Below, one piece after another: positions 25,017-38,112 of a stretch of DNA of 64,000 nt. Positions within the stretch are counted from its first letter, which is position 1; every line of letters begins with the position of its first letter. The translations under genes and the position numbers were made by a program. The notes under the pieces are model-generated. The model had not been told where the DNA came from. It did no database searches and saw only the letters and a list, made by a program, of their open reading frames with translations. This DNA is from Callorhinchus milii (lineage: Eukaryota), in contig NW_024704742.1 of NCBI RefSeq assembly GCF_018977255.1, positions 91,142,001 to 91,206,000 on the forward strand, read 5' to 3'.

Positions 25017-28000
25017 AGTAATATTATGTTACATATAGATAGCATTGAGGAACAAGAACCCTAGTCCAGGGATGCCAAGATCAATTGCAACACCCCTACT
25101 GCCTGGTTGGAACAGATCGGTGGCGTTCTTGGTCTGGCTTGTTTAGGTCATACTAAGTGGCATTATTTAAAAGTTTTGAATTAATTTAGTAGTTTATATA
25201 TGTTTCAAAATCTTTACTCATTCATGAATTTTCAGCTTTCAGTTTGTTTTTTCTTAGGAACAGAATAAAACTTGCCCAAGCAAACGCACCCGTTATTTAA
25301 GAACCGAACCATGTCTGCTAGTGTAAGACTGAAAGATAACTGAGTGGCTCAGGCATCAGTAGACTAGCCCTAGCTATTTTTTAATGAACACATAATACCT
25401 ATAACCTATAGAGCAACACAATACTATTTTTCTACGAGACTACCAGTGTTGTGAGTTGTACCATATGTCTAGATTTCACACAGGTGATATCAGTATCCTC
25501 TGGACAATTTTCCATTTAAAAAAAAATGAGAATATCCTCAAAGCTGCAAGTTTCGTGAGAAACCACTGCAATAAACCTAAATGTGAACTGAGCAATATTG
25601 AAAATCTTTCGTAAATAACATTGTTCTCAACCTCTAACATCCACATACAGTTAGAACTCAACCCTGTTGCCACTGTACGGCCGAGCCATCACTTGCAATT
25701 ATAGTATTCATCCAAGAAGCTGCACATAAATCCAACATTAGATCTTCAATTTTTTTTTACATCAATATTTTAGAAATGTTAACACCTGACAATATTTCAC
25801 CATGCCATAAACAGGATACCATGGCGTGCTGGGTGTGATACAATACTTAACAACTCATAGCCCCAGCCATAACAGGTACAATAACAAAAACAGCAAAATT
25901 ACATTTGTAAAGCGCCTTTCACGTTGGGAGGATGTCCCAAGGTGCTTGTAAGCAATGAAGCAGTTTAAATACTGTGTGACATGGAACAAACCAGTTAATA
26001 TAGATCTATACAATAATTTACACTAACAAACCCGTATTTTTTTTGAATGAGAGACTTTTGGAGCTTTTATGGCAGACATTTAACCAGTGATTTTATATCT
26101 CTGTGCCACTGCCATTACTATAGTATTGTTAAGAGTTCATATATGTTGCTTCATCACATAAGAGAATGAGAAGGTATTTTAAACATATTACACTTTAGGC
26201 CAGAGTTATCACAGTACCATAAAGCTGACATCAGGAAAATAAACTGTCTTAATCAGTGAAAACTATTTTTAATGCAACTGAAATACGGATTTAAAAAGCA
26301 AAGAATACTACACTGAATGAAAAATGGATGGGTTACATAAAAATCTAAAAAAAATTACTGCAATGTTATGGCACCCTACAGATATTAAGCTATTCATGGT
26401 AGGGACCTCATTGTACTAAGTTCTAAAGCTGTAACTTTCGTTTAGCCTGAAAGTGGCACATAAAGGTTGTAACCGCTTAGTTCTCTAACCCAAGAGATTA
26501 AAAGTATATTGGTTCTTTATAATGAATTAAACATTTATCCAGTAATTTTTCTTCCAATACTTTTCAATGCATATGCTCACAGCTACTGTATCCGTCAATT
26601 GTTAATTTACACTAGGGTCCAATTTGAAGTATTTAACAGATTTTTTTTAACGACGTTTAATTATTGAATTTTTGAAACTGAATATGCTGAAGATACATTT
26701 TATGATTTAGAAATTCCTAATGCATCTGCAGCACATCCAATGTTTTAGAAATTTGATAACACATTCCTTATTAAGAAAGAAATTAGACCACAACTGTTGC
26801 TTATTTTTGCAAAGGCGATCTTTGCTCATGTACAATGTAAAAGATAAGTTCCGAGCCTGTGACTTAGCACACCGCTCTGCTCAAACATTACTAAATGCAA
26901 TTTTCTAAATATTTTATATTCTGGTATTTTAGTTTTTTTAGAAAGGAAAATGTTTAAAATGAAGATTCGGATCATGTTGCTGAATGCTAAGAAACTTTGC
27001 TGACTTATTACTTGAGGGATTATCTGTGTAATGTAACTATTCACATCTGTAATGTACCTGAACCTCATTCTGCAGGGCTTATTTTTGGATCCTTGGTTTT
27101 GGTTACCATCAAGATTGCTGGACATCAATGTGATTGAAATGGGCCATCGGATTAAACATCCAAAAGAAAACTGCAGGAATATACTTGCACTAAAACTATG
27201 AAAATAAAGTAATTCTTTGGAGATAATACAAATAGCTATCTCGAATCCCATGGAATTCAATGAATTGATTCATAAGCTGCAGAGTTTTTCCTTCAGTATT
27301 ATGATTACAAATATATTCCACAATGAAATGTGTTAATTAGATACCTGGCCTGTTTTAGCATAGAGGAATCTGGTATTTTGGAGAAAAATAACACTGATTT
27401 TATGAGAAACTTCTATAAATAAGATCACTGGATTTGAGCAGCTATTATTTAAAAAAGGACAAATCTCAAGTGATTCTAAACATCTCACTCTATGTCAGTC
27501 AACTTTTCCTCTATTAGGATCTGTTTCATGTGGTCTTGAAGCATTTTATTAATTGTGCAGAGGCTGATTGCTCACCTTCAGTCACAGTATCCATAATCTT
27601 TCAAATGCAGTTATCTCTAAATAACAAATATAAGGTCAGTCCATTAAGGCGACATTTACTGGAGACATTTACTGGAGACAGGAGATTTCTGGATGGCACC
27701 ACATCATTTTCTCTGCCCTATAAGGCTGTACTCCATATACCCACCTTTGTTATTTTAGAAATATAAATAAAGCTAACACAACGAGCATAAATAACGCCAC
27801 CACACAGGAATCTATTGATCTCTCCTTCTTAGTTACCAATAATTTTCCACTGCAATTTTGTTTGTTGTTCATTTTGGCTCGAGCACATATTAAACATATT
27901 ATTATGCATCATACAAAAAAATTAAAAATATTAAAAATTAAAAAAACTCAATTATATGTTATTGCAATTATTAAAAGGTACATCCTGGTCTGATCAGGTT

Positions 28001-29244
28001 GCCAAATGTTGCTGGAAAAAGTACACTTGTGGGGCTGAATGATTATCTTACTGAGCAGGTCCCAGTATTCAGTACAGGTGCTAATTTCTGAGTTTTTCAG
28101 GAGACTTTGGGGCTGTTGGTCTTCTGCTCAATAGCCACAGCAAGTGAATCCTTTTTAATTGGTTGATTACACAATCAAGGACACTTGTATGTGTGTGAAC
28201 TATTAGTGGGCTATTATTCCAACATATTTCTTTAGATCCAAGAATCACCCTTCACTCAAAATACTGAGTTGAGAAGAACTGAAAACTTGCTAAATAAATA
28301 ACCAATATGATAGACTTAGTGATAAGTGCTGTGCAACCTGGAAGCAGAAAAACTATACATGCCATCATCTGCAGTTATCCTGATGCTATTAGGCAATCTA
28401 ATATGCAAACTGCCTGGAGGATAGCATTCACTATCATCATATTGAACAGTTTCTTCAGATATATTGTGAATGTTCCCCTTTTTAGATACTTAAGCATAGG
28501 TGGAATAAAACAAGACCTACTGAAATTATTCATGCAGCTTAGTATTTAGAGGTAGTGGTTCTTATCCCTTGTACAGAAAGGTTTTTTTATATAGGAGTTT
28601 TTGGTCTTGAGGTGTTGTGCCCATTGTTTTTCTGTGGAGTGCTGCTTTGAACATGTGAACATTTTCTTATCTTGTTCCTCAAAGACTTTCACTACCAAAA
28701 GGTGACTTTGTCCTCTTAGACTGAATATTTGGGAGTATCTCTGAAACTTTTAGCTGGGATTGTTAGCCAAGTATCAGTTTGCCTTTGCAGATCAAATGTC
28801 CAATTTATGGGCAGCACAGGCTCTCTCATATTTTCCTTAGTAATGTTAATAATATTCACATGATGCAAAGTTATACAAGGCCACACGCATAACAGACAAT
28901 CACAAGAAACGTCTTCCTGCAATTGACATGGATTATGAAGAAAGATTTGGCATAAATCATGTTCTCTGAATGAAACATTAAAATTCACTTTAGTTAAAAA
29001 ATACTTGATGCTGCAGATGAAATCTGGCCCAGAACTGTCTGAAGCTTTTAATTTGAGGTGGTATTCTGAATCCAACCTGACGCAGACATCGGATGAATAA
29101 GAATTCAAAATCCCAACTATTTATAAGGTACGAGAAGAAGGGAGGTATTGTATAAATCCAATCAGAATTTTTAACAGGTGTCTTTAGTGGCAATTCTTAA
29201 GTTTTATTAATATTCTGATTTTAAGAATAAAATAATCCTGGCGT

Positions 29245-29603
29245 GTGGAGTCCTGTAGCTCAGTGGTTAGAGCACTTGCCTTGCAAGCAAGAGCCCTGGG
29301 TTCGGTTTCCAGTAGGGCAAATTGTTGGGCAAATTTCCTCACTCCACATGCCTGTTTACCTAGCAGTAAGTAGGTCGATTGGCGGATTACTTTTCCTGGA
29401 TAATAATTCCTCCAAAAAAATGAAAATAATAAATTGGTCACTTCAATCCACAACTGTTTGTGGGATACTGCTGTGCGTAATTGGCTGCAATGTTTCGCCC
29501 ACAAAAATATACAGTCAATTCACTCTACAGTATATTCTGTGGAGCGCTTTGAGACGTCTCGAAGGCATGATAATGTGCTATATCAAATGCAAGGATTATT
29601 ATT
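29245..29603 (+). mobile_element. Full-length tRNA-Ala SINE, long subfamily (small internal deletion)
   Basis: Head, core segment and tail all recognisable. Accounts for ORF-track entries 29184-29664. Confidence 0.92.
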
Positions 29604-30904
29604 CGAAACATCACCTTTTATATCTGGAGGATGTCTCAAAGTGGCTTCACAAGATTTAGTGTGAAGTTTAGTGACTGTTTTGTTGGTGAAAGTAGAGGCT
29701 AATATGGACACAGGAATATCCCACAAATAACCACAAAGTGAATGAACATTTTTTATCTGTCAGATGTTAGCCAGGTATGGGGAGAGTAAAGAAAGAAAAA
29801 AAAACTAGATTTTTCTCCTCAGAATTTATCTAAGTAAATAGGATATTTAATGGTTTACACAATATCAATTATCATGTCTTCTCTCTCTCTCCACCCCAAC
29901 ACAAGCCACTACTATTGAACAAAAAACCTAAACTAACCAATTAAATAATCCTGCACTTGACAATGGCGATAATCGATTTTGCTTGCTGAAAATGTGACAT
30001 TATTATGTGCTTGATCACTCCTCAATTTTGTTAATATTTCCTGACTTATTCTAATCTCTAAAATGTATTATGTACAGTTATTTTGTAAACAGAAAACTCA
30101 GAGGAATGAGTAAATTTCGAACAGGAAAGAAGTCATTCAGTCTGCTCACAACAGACCATTCCACAGCCTATAAATGACAATCTCGTATCAACAACTTGCA
30201 ACAACAACTTGCACTTATACAGCAACCACTAGTACATTATCCAGAGGGTGGCCACAACCAATAACTCGTAGAATCAAGTACATAAGTTAGTTGAGTCTGC
30301 CTCATAGGTACAGCTCCTAACTACCACTATACAGTATGTCCAGACATGTTTCCTTCAAATGAATAGAACTATATTTCAGTAACTGACAAAGTACGGTGAG
30401 GGTTTGACTCTCTACTTCTCTACTTCTCTGGCACCAATAACCATTTTAAAGTTATGACCCAGTTTGAAATCTGGCCTACAATTGGTAAAGGAATGAGTCT
30501 GCCAATGGCAGATGGTAGACCTGTTATTTCACGCCTTGAATTTAATCTACAAGATACATGTTGTTGTATTTAGTCATGTTTGCTAACAAGTTGACAACAC
30601 ATTTTCAGCAAACAATTCCTACCAATCAATGCATTATAATGGACAATGATTTTTTTTCTGCAGTTGAAGATTTTCTGCTTATGTTAAATTAATACTGTAA
30701 TTGTTTCTTACATCACAAATACAAAGTGAATAAATGCAGGTTTTGTAATATTCATTTATAACAACTAGAAAGACAGCTGTATTTATATTGCACCCTAGCA
30801 AATATGTCAGACGTAAACACAAAAACATTACTTGATTACAGAAAGCACTGCTCATTCTGCACCTACTGCTAACAATGGAGAGGTGACCTACCTGTAAACC
30901 ATTA

Positions 30905-31078
<174 letters not shown>

Positions 31079-33950
31079 CTAACAAAAGGGGAGGAGGGGG
31101 GTTAAATAGTATAAAACTGTGAGTAACTGCTAACAACTTACATTTATATAGTGCCCTTTGTGTAAAACAACTTTTGTACAGATAAATATTTCACAAGCAT
31201 TTGTACACCACATTTTATCTCCTTTCATGAAAAATGAAGAGTCTTAAATATAAATTACCACATTATGCAATTTAAAGATCACTTACTTAATACTCTTTAC
31301 ACTTAAAAGGCACTCCTAGCCAGCAAAACATTTTGTATATTATGTGGTGCATGCTTATAATAAACATTTCATAATGTACCATAAAGTGCATGAAATGTCA
31401 GAAGTCAACTTCCAGAAGTCTTTAAACAGTGTGAATGTTATAACCAATGAACAGATAATGAGGATCAAGTGCATTACATATCCAAAAAAATTTAATATGG
31501 TAACCTAATCCTGTCTGTGAACCACATCTCAAAGAATTACTTTTACAAGATCACTTATGAAATTCAGCTATTTATTGGCTTTCAAGTGACATACACCTCT
31601 CGGAGAATAGACTGATTGCATCAAATCAGAAACCAACAGGAAATAAAATTCTGTTTATGTGTATTATGGAGGACTGCTGTCCCAGCTGTGTAATATTGAT
31701 CAGCCAAGATAATAAAGTTAACTGCAGATGCAAGTTGAAATGGTTCTGTTGTGCTGGTAACTTTATATCCAGTCAGATTACTATAACACAGTTGGGATTA
31801 ATGGAGTTCTTCGTAACAGGTAAACTATATATTTTTAAGGAATTGTTTTCCCCATGGAGCTAATCTACTTGCCAAAGTGTTACCAGCAAAACGTACATTT
31901 TCTAGGACTTGCTTTGTATTTAAAAGATTTCTACATATCCCCTACTGTGCTAATTAGAGGTTGTTCCACGTTTGGTGCTTATCCAATTGAAATTGTCTAC
32001 AATAGCATCACTGGAGGTACGATTAGATCAGATAGTAGCAAATGCATGTTGAGAATCCACATTATTCAAGATATTTTTAGTTTATGCAGTATGGACCCAT
32101 TTCAAATATGCAATGCTCATTCAACGTTAAGAACACAAGCAGATATAATGATTACATCTGGGAATATGGAGATTCCTTATTTTCCACGTACTTGTGCCAC
32201 AGCTCAACACTCATAAGTGTGATTATATTGTACAATATTACTAGACAATTTTATCAAGACTATAAGGAGGAAGAATGAGAACTTTTAAGTTCAATTTACA
32301 AAAAATTACACTAAAGCAAAAGAATTGAATAGGATTAAACAATGATATTCAGATTTAAAATAAATTAACATTTAATCACACTCAACTCCCTTTTGAAACA
32401 GCTCATTGAAAAGCATGCTGCAAAGCTGAATAATATGTCTTTTTTCAATACTTCCTTTCTCATCTCCAATTGATTACCAAGCTTTGACCACAGTATTCAA
32501 TATATCAGAAAATCATGCAACTACCATGGTGTTCACTGCACTTCCTTTTTTTTTATTTTGGAGGCAGAAAGATTTTTACCTAATGCGCTATTAAATTAAC
32601 TAAATACAACAGCAAAATAAGACCAACATTTAAAAAAAAGCAAAAACTGTACTCAATGATCTAAAACAATGGTGAAAAAACACTGGTTTATTTTCATGGT
32701 TTACCTTCTTTCTTTCACTAAATTAAACACTGTAATACATTTTGCTGAAACCCACCCCAAAATCCTCAGTTACACTGAATATTTTGGTTGTTATTCGGCA
32801 AGTAAAATACCTAAACCGCTCATGTTTCCAGTCCTACAGTAATTAACTGGGCTAATTCAATGGTCTGTACCTACAACGGGTTAAGATTTTAACCACCAAC
32901 ATTTTGGTTGTAAAAAAAAAGACAAAATGGAACAAAAGCACGCTCTCAGTTTGATAACTCTTTGATAGTTACGAATATAAATGTTTGTTCCCAAACCAAA
33001 AAAAACAAGTGGAAGAAGGATCTTTGATAAAAGTTTAAAAAGGCAGTATTTGAATGTACTTCTTTTTTTCCCAGTCTTCTGATTTAAGTGCACAAAGCAA
33101 GTCGTCTGTTCATCTCCTAGACTGTACTATTTTAAACAGTTTCAGATCACTATTTAACACACTTATGCCATTAACTGTCTCTTCACTAGGGTTACAGGAT
33201 TATATTCAAGTTTTAAGCGTTTGCAAATGCTGAAGACATACACATCTTTAATCTAGATTTATCTATCAAAATGAACTGACTCAAACCAGAAAATGATTCA
33301 GTTTATTAACAAACATACTTCAGTCCCTGCTCTTGTGAAGTATGTTTTGGAAAACTGGTCTTTGCAATAGATTTGCTATAACTTCAGGAATGTTTTTATT
33401 TTGCAAACTGGAGCAATAGGACTGATACAGCTGTGAAACGTAAATTTCTTCATTTAATCTAGGATCCTGGAATTCCACAACATGTACAGGAACTCTGGAT
33501 TACTTTTTATTAACTAATTTAAATACACAGCACACAATAAAGCAGTAACATGTTTATTGTTTTTTTCTCCAGATTTCCCTTCCCAGCCACCATATTATAC
33601 GGTGGAATGGCATATACTACATGCAGGAGGCATATTTACATTAAGAGGCTTTTTTAAATTCAGAAATGTTATAGCCCAGTTTGATAACTGTGGTATTTTT
33701 CATATTCATGGGAGCATTTCCAGTAACTGCTTTTGCTTAAATTACCATGCAGAATAGGGCAAATCAGGGTCAGTTTATGTCAGCTGCTTCAATCTGGGGA
33801 ACTTCATCAGTCTTTGTTTCAAGGCATTATGCAAAGAAAACTGACATTAAGGGAGCTTTAACTGACAGCAAATGAAATCAATCAGCGAATCACTAAGCCA
33901 TAATAAACAATCAGCTCCTGAGTTCCCGATTAACTCTGTGCACTATGTCA

Positions 33951-34217
<267 letters not shown>

Positions 34218-36130
34218 TTAAGACTAATTGATTTTTTGTTGCAAATAAATCAGTAATTCAGAGCAGCCACTGAGAATTTTAAAAAGATGGCGTAGTATTA
34301 TCTGATTGAAATTTTAAAAAGTTGCCAAGAGTCCTTTATCAAGTCACTAAAATACTTTCTTTGGGGCGGGGGTTTGAGCGGTTAAATTCTTATGACCAAG
34401 TCTACACCAACTCTTTCAAAGTACTGTGCTTAAGGAGTCTCTAGGCCATGTCTTTGCATTTAAAAACTCCACACAATAAAACGTTAAAGATAAATCCCAG
34501 TCATACACATGCAGGAACTGGTATTTGATCTTTAAGAATTTAACAGCCAAGCTCTAAGTATCACACTGCCACCCTGTGGAAAACGTTAGTCTTCCTCTTA
34601 ACCATAGCTGGAGAGACATCTGCTATTTATTGTTTTACCAAGGTTACAGCAGCAATCAAAATGTTTTGTTATTTGTTTTTCAAAAAAAGGTATTATATAC
34701 CTTGATGTGAATAGCAATTTACTTGTTTTTTTAAAAAAGAATATTCTCTTCCCACAAGTCAGTCGTAATTGGTCTGAAAATTATGCAAAGTGTTTTTATA
34801 AGGTACAATTCAAAGAGCATTTACAAAAATAGTGAACAATTCAATGTTTAAAGCTGAAAGGCTGACTGTTTATTTCTTGCCATTTTAGAAATTAAAGGAG
34901 TGAGTTTATGTTTGGTTCATGGGAATGGAATGTGGTCAAATACAGAAATAACAGCTGAATCTGGAAGACTGTCTGATCTTAAAGTGAATGAGTATAATGT
35001 CAACAAAACACAGAAGTAGGGATGATAAAGGATCTATGAAAATTTAGTAGGCTTCAGGTTAATTGTCAATGAATAAGTTGACAGGAATGAATGGAACGTT
35101 TTTTCAGAACTACTACATTTTGGGCATTTAGCTTTACCGCACATCAAATTCAATTCTGCTGTGTATTATTCAATAGGAATACACACTTTGTTCATCACTA
35201 CTTACTTATGAAAAAGCTAAATGTTACATTTCCATAAACAAATCTGTACTTTTATCCTGCACTAAAAGCTTTACATACACTTAAAACTAATAACAGCTTT
35301 CAAAAGAATAACTACTGCACTTCATAGATATTTATAAGTGTTAATTCTACTGTTAAATGTTAGCAGGAAAAATGCAGATGTTTTAAAAGAAACTGCCCTA
35401 AATTGTACGAAAAATACATATTAGGGAAATTTTGCATAAATCCACAGAAAGTAAGTTGTTTTAAATAACTCTGGAGAGTAAACACCATTTTACTTCATAA
35501 ACCTCAAAAGCACATAAAAGAATTGCCATTTGTAAACTGTAGTATGCAAAATGTACACATAAAATAAACATTCTGTGGTCTGCTAAATAATCTGCCTATA
35601 TGTGACGTGAAAAGTGCTCTATCAAATCCAAGGATGAAGGGCAATTCTGCTAGACAAAAAAGCCAAATGCATATAAATGTCATAAGGTTGTTGCAAGGTT
35701 GCTTTAATATATTAAGAATTCTAGATGAATATAAACTAGGTTTACAAATAAACATCGTATAGGACATTTAGTGCCAGATTTTATTGCGTCTGTACCAATA
35801 CAAATTGTATTAATGAAAAATTCTGTGTCAGAAATGTAATCTTGTACCATGTATCACAGTCTTCTTTGCAACAACAACTTGCATTTATATCACGCCCTTC
35901 ACGTGCGGTAGCGTCCCGGAGCATTTTACTGCATAAAACCTTAGTTGGGGAGGGCAGGGAGAGCAGAGGTGGCATTAATGTGACATCATCTACTTTTAGT
36001 GGGCACACACTACTACCTACATCATATGCAGTGTGTACCTTATTTTTATTTCTGCCCTTTATTCCTTTCATCAAACACTTTTGTCCTAAAACCTTTGTAC
36101 CTGAGACAGATTTGTATGTACCTCCAATTT

Positions 36131-36450
36131 GTGGAGTCCTGTAGCTCAGTGGTTAGAGCACTCGCTTTGCAAGCGAGAGACCTGAGGTCAATTCCAGGCA
36201 GAGGGCGAAACCTTGGGCAAGTTTCCTTACTCCACACAGAGCCTAATAATAATCCCTCCAAAACCAAAAACAATAATAAATTGGTCATTTTCAATCTACG
36301 ACTGTTTGTGGGACATTGCTGTGCGCAATTGGCTGCCGCGTTCGCCCACAAATATACAGTCAATTCACTTTACAGTGCTTTGTAAAGCGCTTTGGGACGT
36401 CCTCCCGACATGAAAGGCGCTATATCAAATGCAAGGATTATTATTATTAT
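36131..36450 (+). mobile_element. Full-length tRNA-Ala SINE, short subfamily, with L2-type 3' stem-loop
   Basis: Intact A/B boxes and anticodon arm ctcgc-tttgcaa-gcgag (TGC). Tail contains gggacgtcctcccgacatgaaaggcgct. Confidence 0.92.
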
Positions 36451-37724
36451 ACCACTAACCTTAGAGCAGCATTAAAGTGCTGCTTTGTTGCCAAACACTG
36501 AAAATGCATACAGACCATTGAGCTGATGGGTCAGTGACTTCCAACAGACATAATTGCCATTTCTCACATGTTGCGCTTTTCTAAGTCACCTCACTCAATT
36601 GTAATTCTTGCACATCGAGGTAAAAGCATTGCAAAAATATATTTAAATAAGGAAAATAAAACTTGGTCTCCAGCATGAAACTGCACATTGTGCTGCTGAA
36701 AGCATTACATGAAACTGCACACATCACTGCTGATACACTGACTAGTGCACTAAACAAAAATAAAATTCTGTCCCTGGTCACTTGTTTGTCCAGCAGCTGT
36801 TTTTGTGCACAACACAGTACAGTTTAAATTCAATCTATTACATCCTCACTATAATAAGTTCTATTCTAGATTATGCCAAAAATGTTTGAAAGAATTCCAC
36901 TGTAAATATTTGCACTGCTGTAACAAATCAAAAAANTACAGATGAGCATGCTTTCACATTCTATGTGAAAAAATTGACTTTAAAAAAACAAAACAAAATA
37001 TAAACTATTTTTTCATTTGCACTCAATTTTACATGGTGTAAAACCTGAATTTGGAATGTTTCAAAATAGATTCACACTATTTCCTTTCAAATAGTAATAA
37101 CAGATAGTAGCTCAATAGCTTGCTGTATAACATACAACAGGCTATTTGTTCATAAAAAAACAAATATTCAGTATTCAAAGGCTTTTTCTCTGTTGTATCA
37201 ATAATTGAAGATACTGAATAGTAAATTGTTGGACAAAATGTAAATTACACATAAGGTGAAAATTAATGAGTGCTAAAGTGAAAAGCAAGTTATATAGTTT
37301 TTCCTCTCAAGTATAATAGATATAAATATACTTATTTTCTAAATGGTGCAGGACAGTTCTTCGTTTTAAGATGCAGCATATTGTAGTAGAATGTCCCTTT
37401 TTCTGAAGGTTTTTAACCTCTTATAAGTGTATATATTACTTTCCTATTCTCCCCTTTACTTTTCCCTCCTGCAGCATCCATCCCACAGCTAAGACTGGGG
37501 CCCACTTCAAGGATACTGTCAAAAGTCAATTTTGCAAACTGCTGCAAGGCAATGAATTCTATTCATCTCTTCTCCCTCTCCCCGGCCGCCTCTACCATAG
37601 AGGCCAGCTAATGCGTGAAAGCAGCTGTCCTCCGTGGATCTTAGGCTTGGGGAGCATTTGGTTCCATGTAATCTCTATTGATATGTCTTTTCACTTTATT
37701 TAAAGATCTCTACAGCGACAGTTT

Positions 37725-38112
37725 GTGTGTCAGCCTTGCTTTCGCTTCTGGGTTCATCTCCCCCCCCCCAGTTGGGACTTTGAAGTCATATATTAGACTG
37801 ACACTCCAATGCAAAACTGGGGGAGGGGGAGATGCTGCATTGCTGGAGATGCTGTCCTTTGGATGAGACATTAAACCAAGGTGCTGTGCAGGTGGACATA
37901 AAGATCCCATGGCATCTCCTGGTATCCTGGCCAATGATCCCCCAAAATAAAATTGTTGATCACTTCAGACCTGTTTGTGGGATACTGATGTGTTCAAATT
38001 GGACTACAAAGTACACAGCAACTACAATTTACACTATAAATAGTACTGTGAGACACTTTGGGTTATCTTCCCAACATGGATGGCGCTAAACCATTTGTAG
38101 TTATTATTATTA
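37725..38112 (+). mobile_element. Degenerate Deu-domain-type SINE
   Basis: gactgacactccaatgc...ggatgagacattaaaccaagg...ggacataaagatcccatggca...ctgtttgtggga; homologous to 45222-45638. Confidence 0.75.

Noticed and set aside
28716..29108. 130-aa ORF, possible L1 ORF2 remnant nearby
   Set aside because: Similarity is too vague to call without a search.
36131..36207. tRNA-Ala(TGC)-like gene (also at the other SINE heads)
   Set aside because: The acceptor stem is imperfect and each copy continues into SINE body and tail. These are SINE heads, not tRNA genes.
36674..36735. Short direct repeats (catgaaactgcaca x2; also about 24436, 27652, 63716) as a CRISPR-like array
   Set aside because: Only two units each with no spacer series, in a eukaryotic context. 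Ordinary slippage duplications.
36936..36936. Single N base
   Set aside because: Assembly ambiguity in a poly-A run, with no biological meaning.
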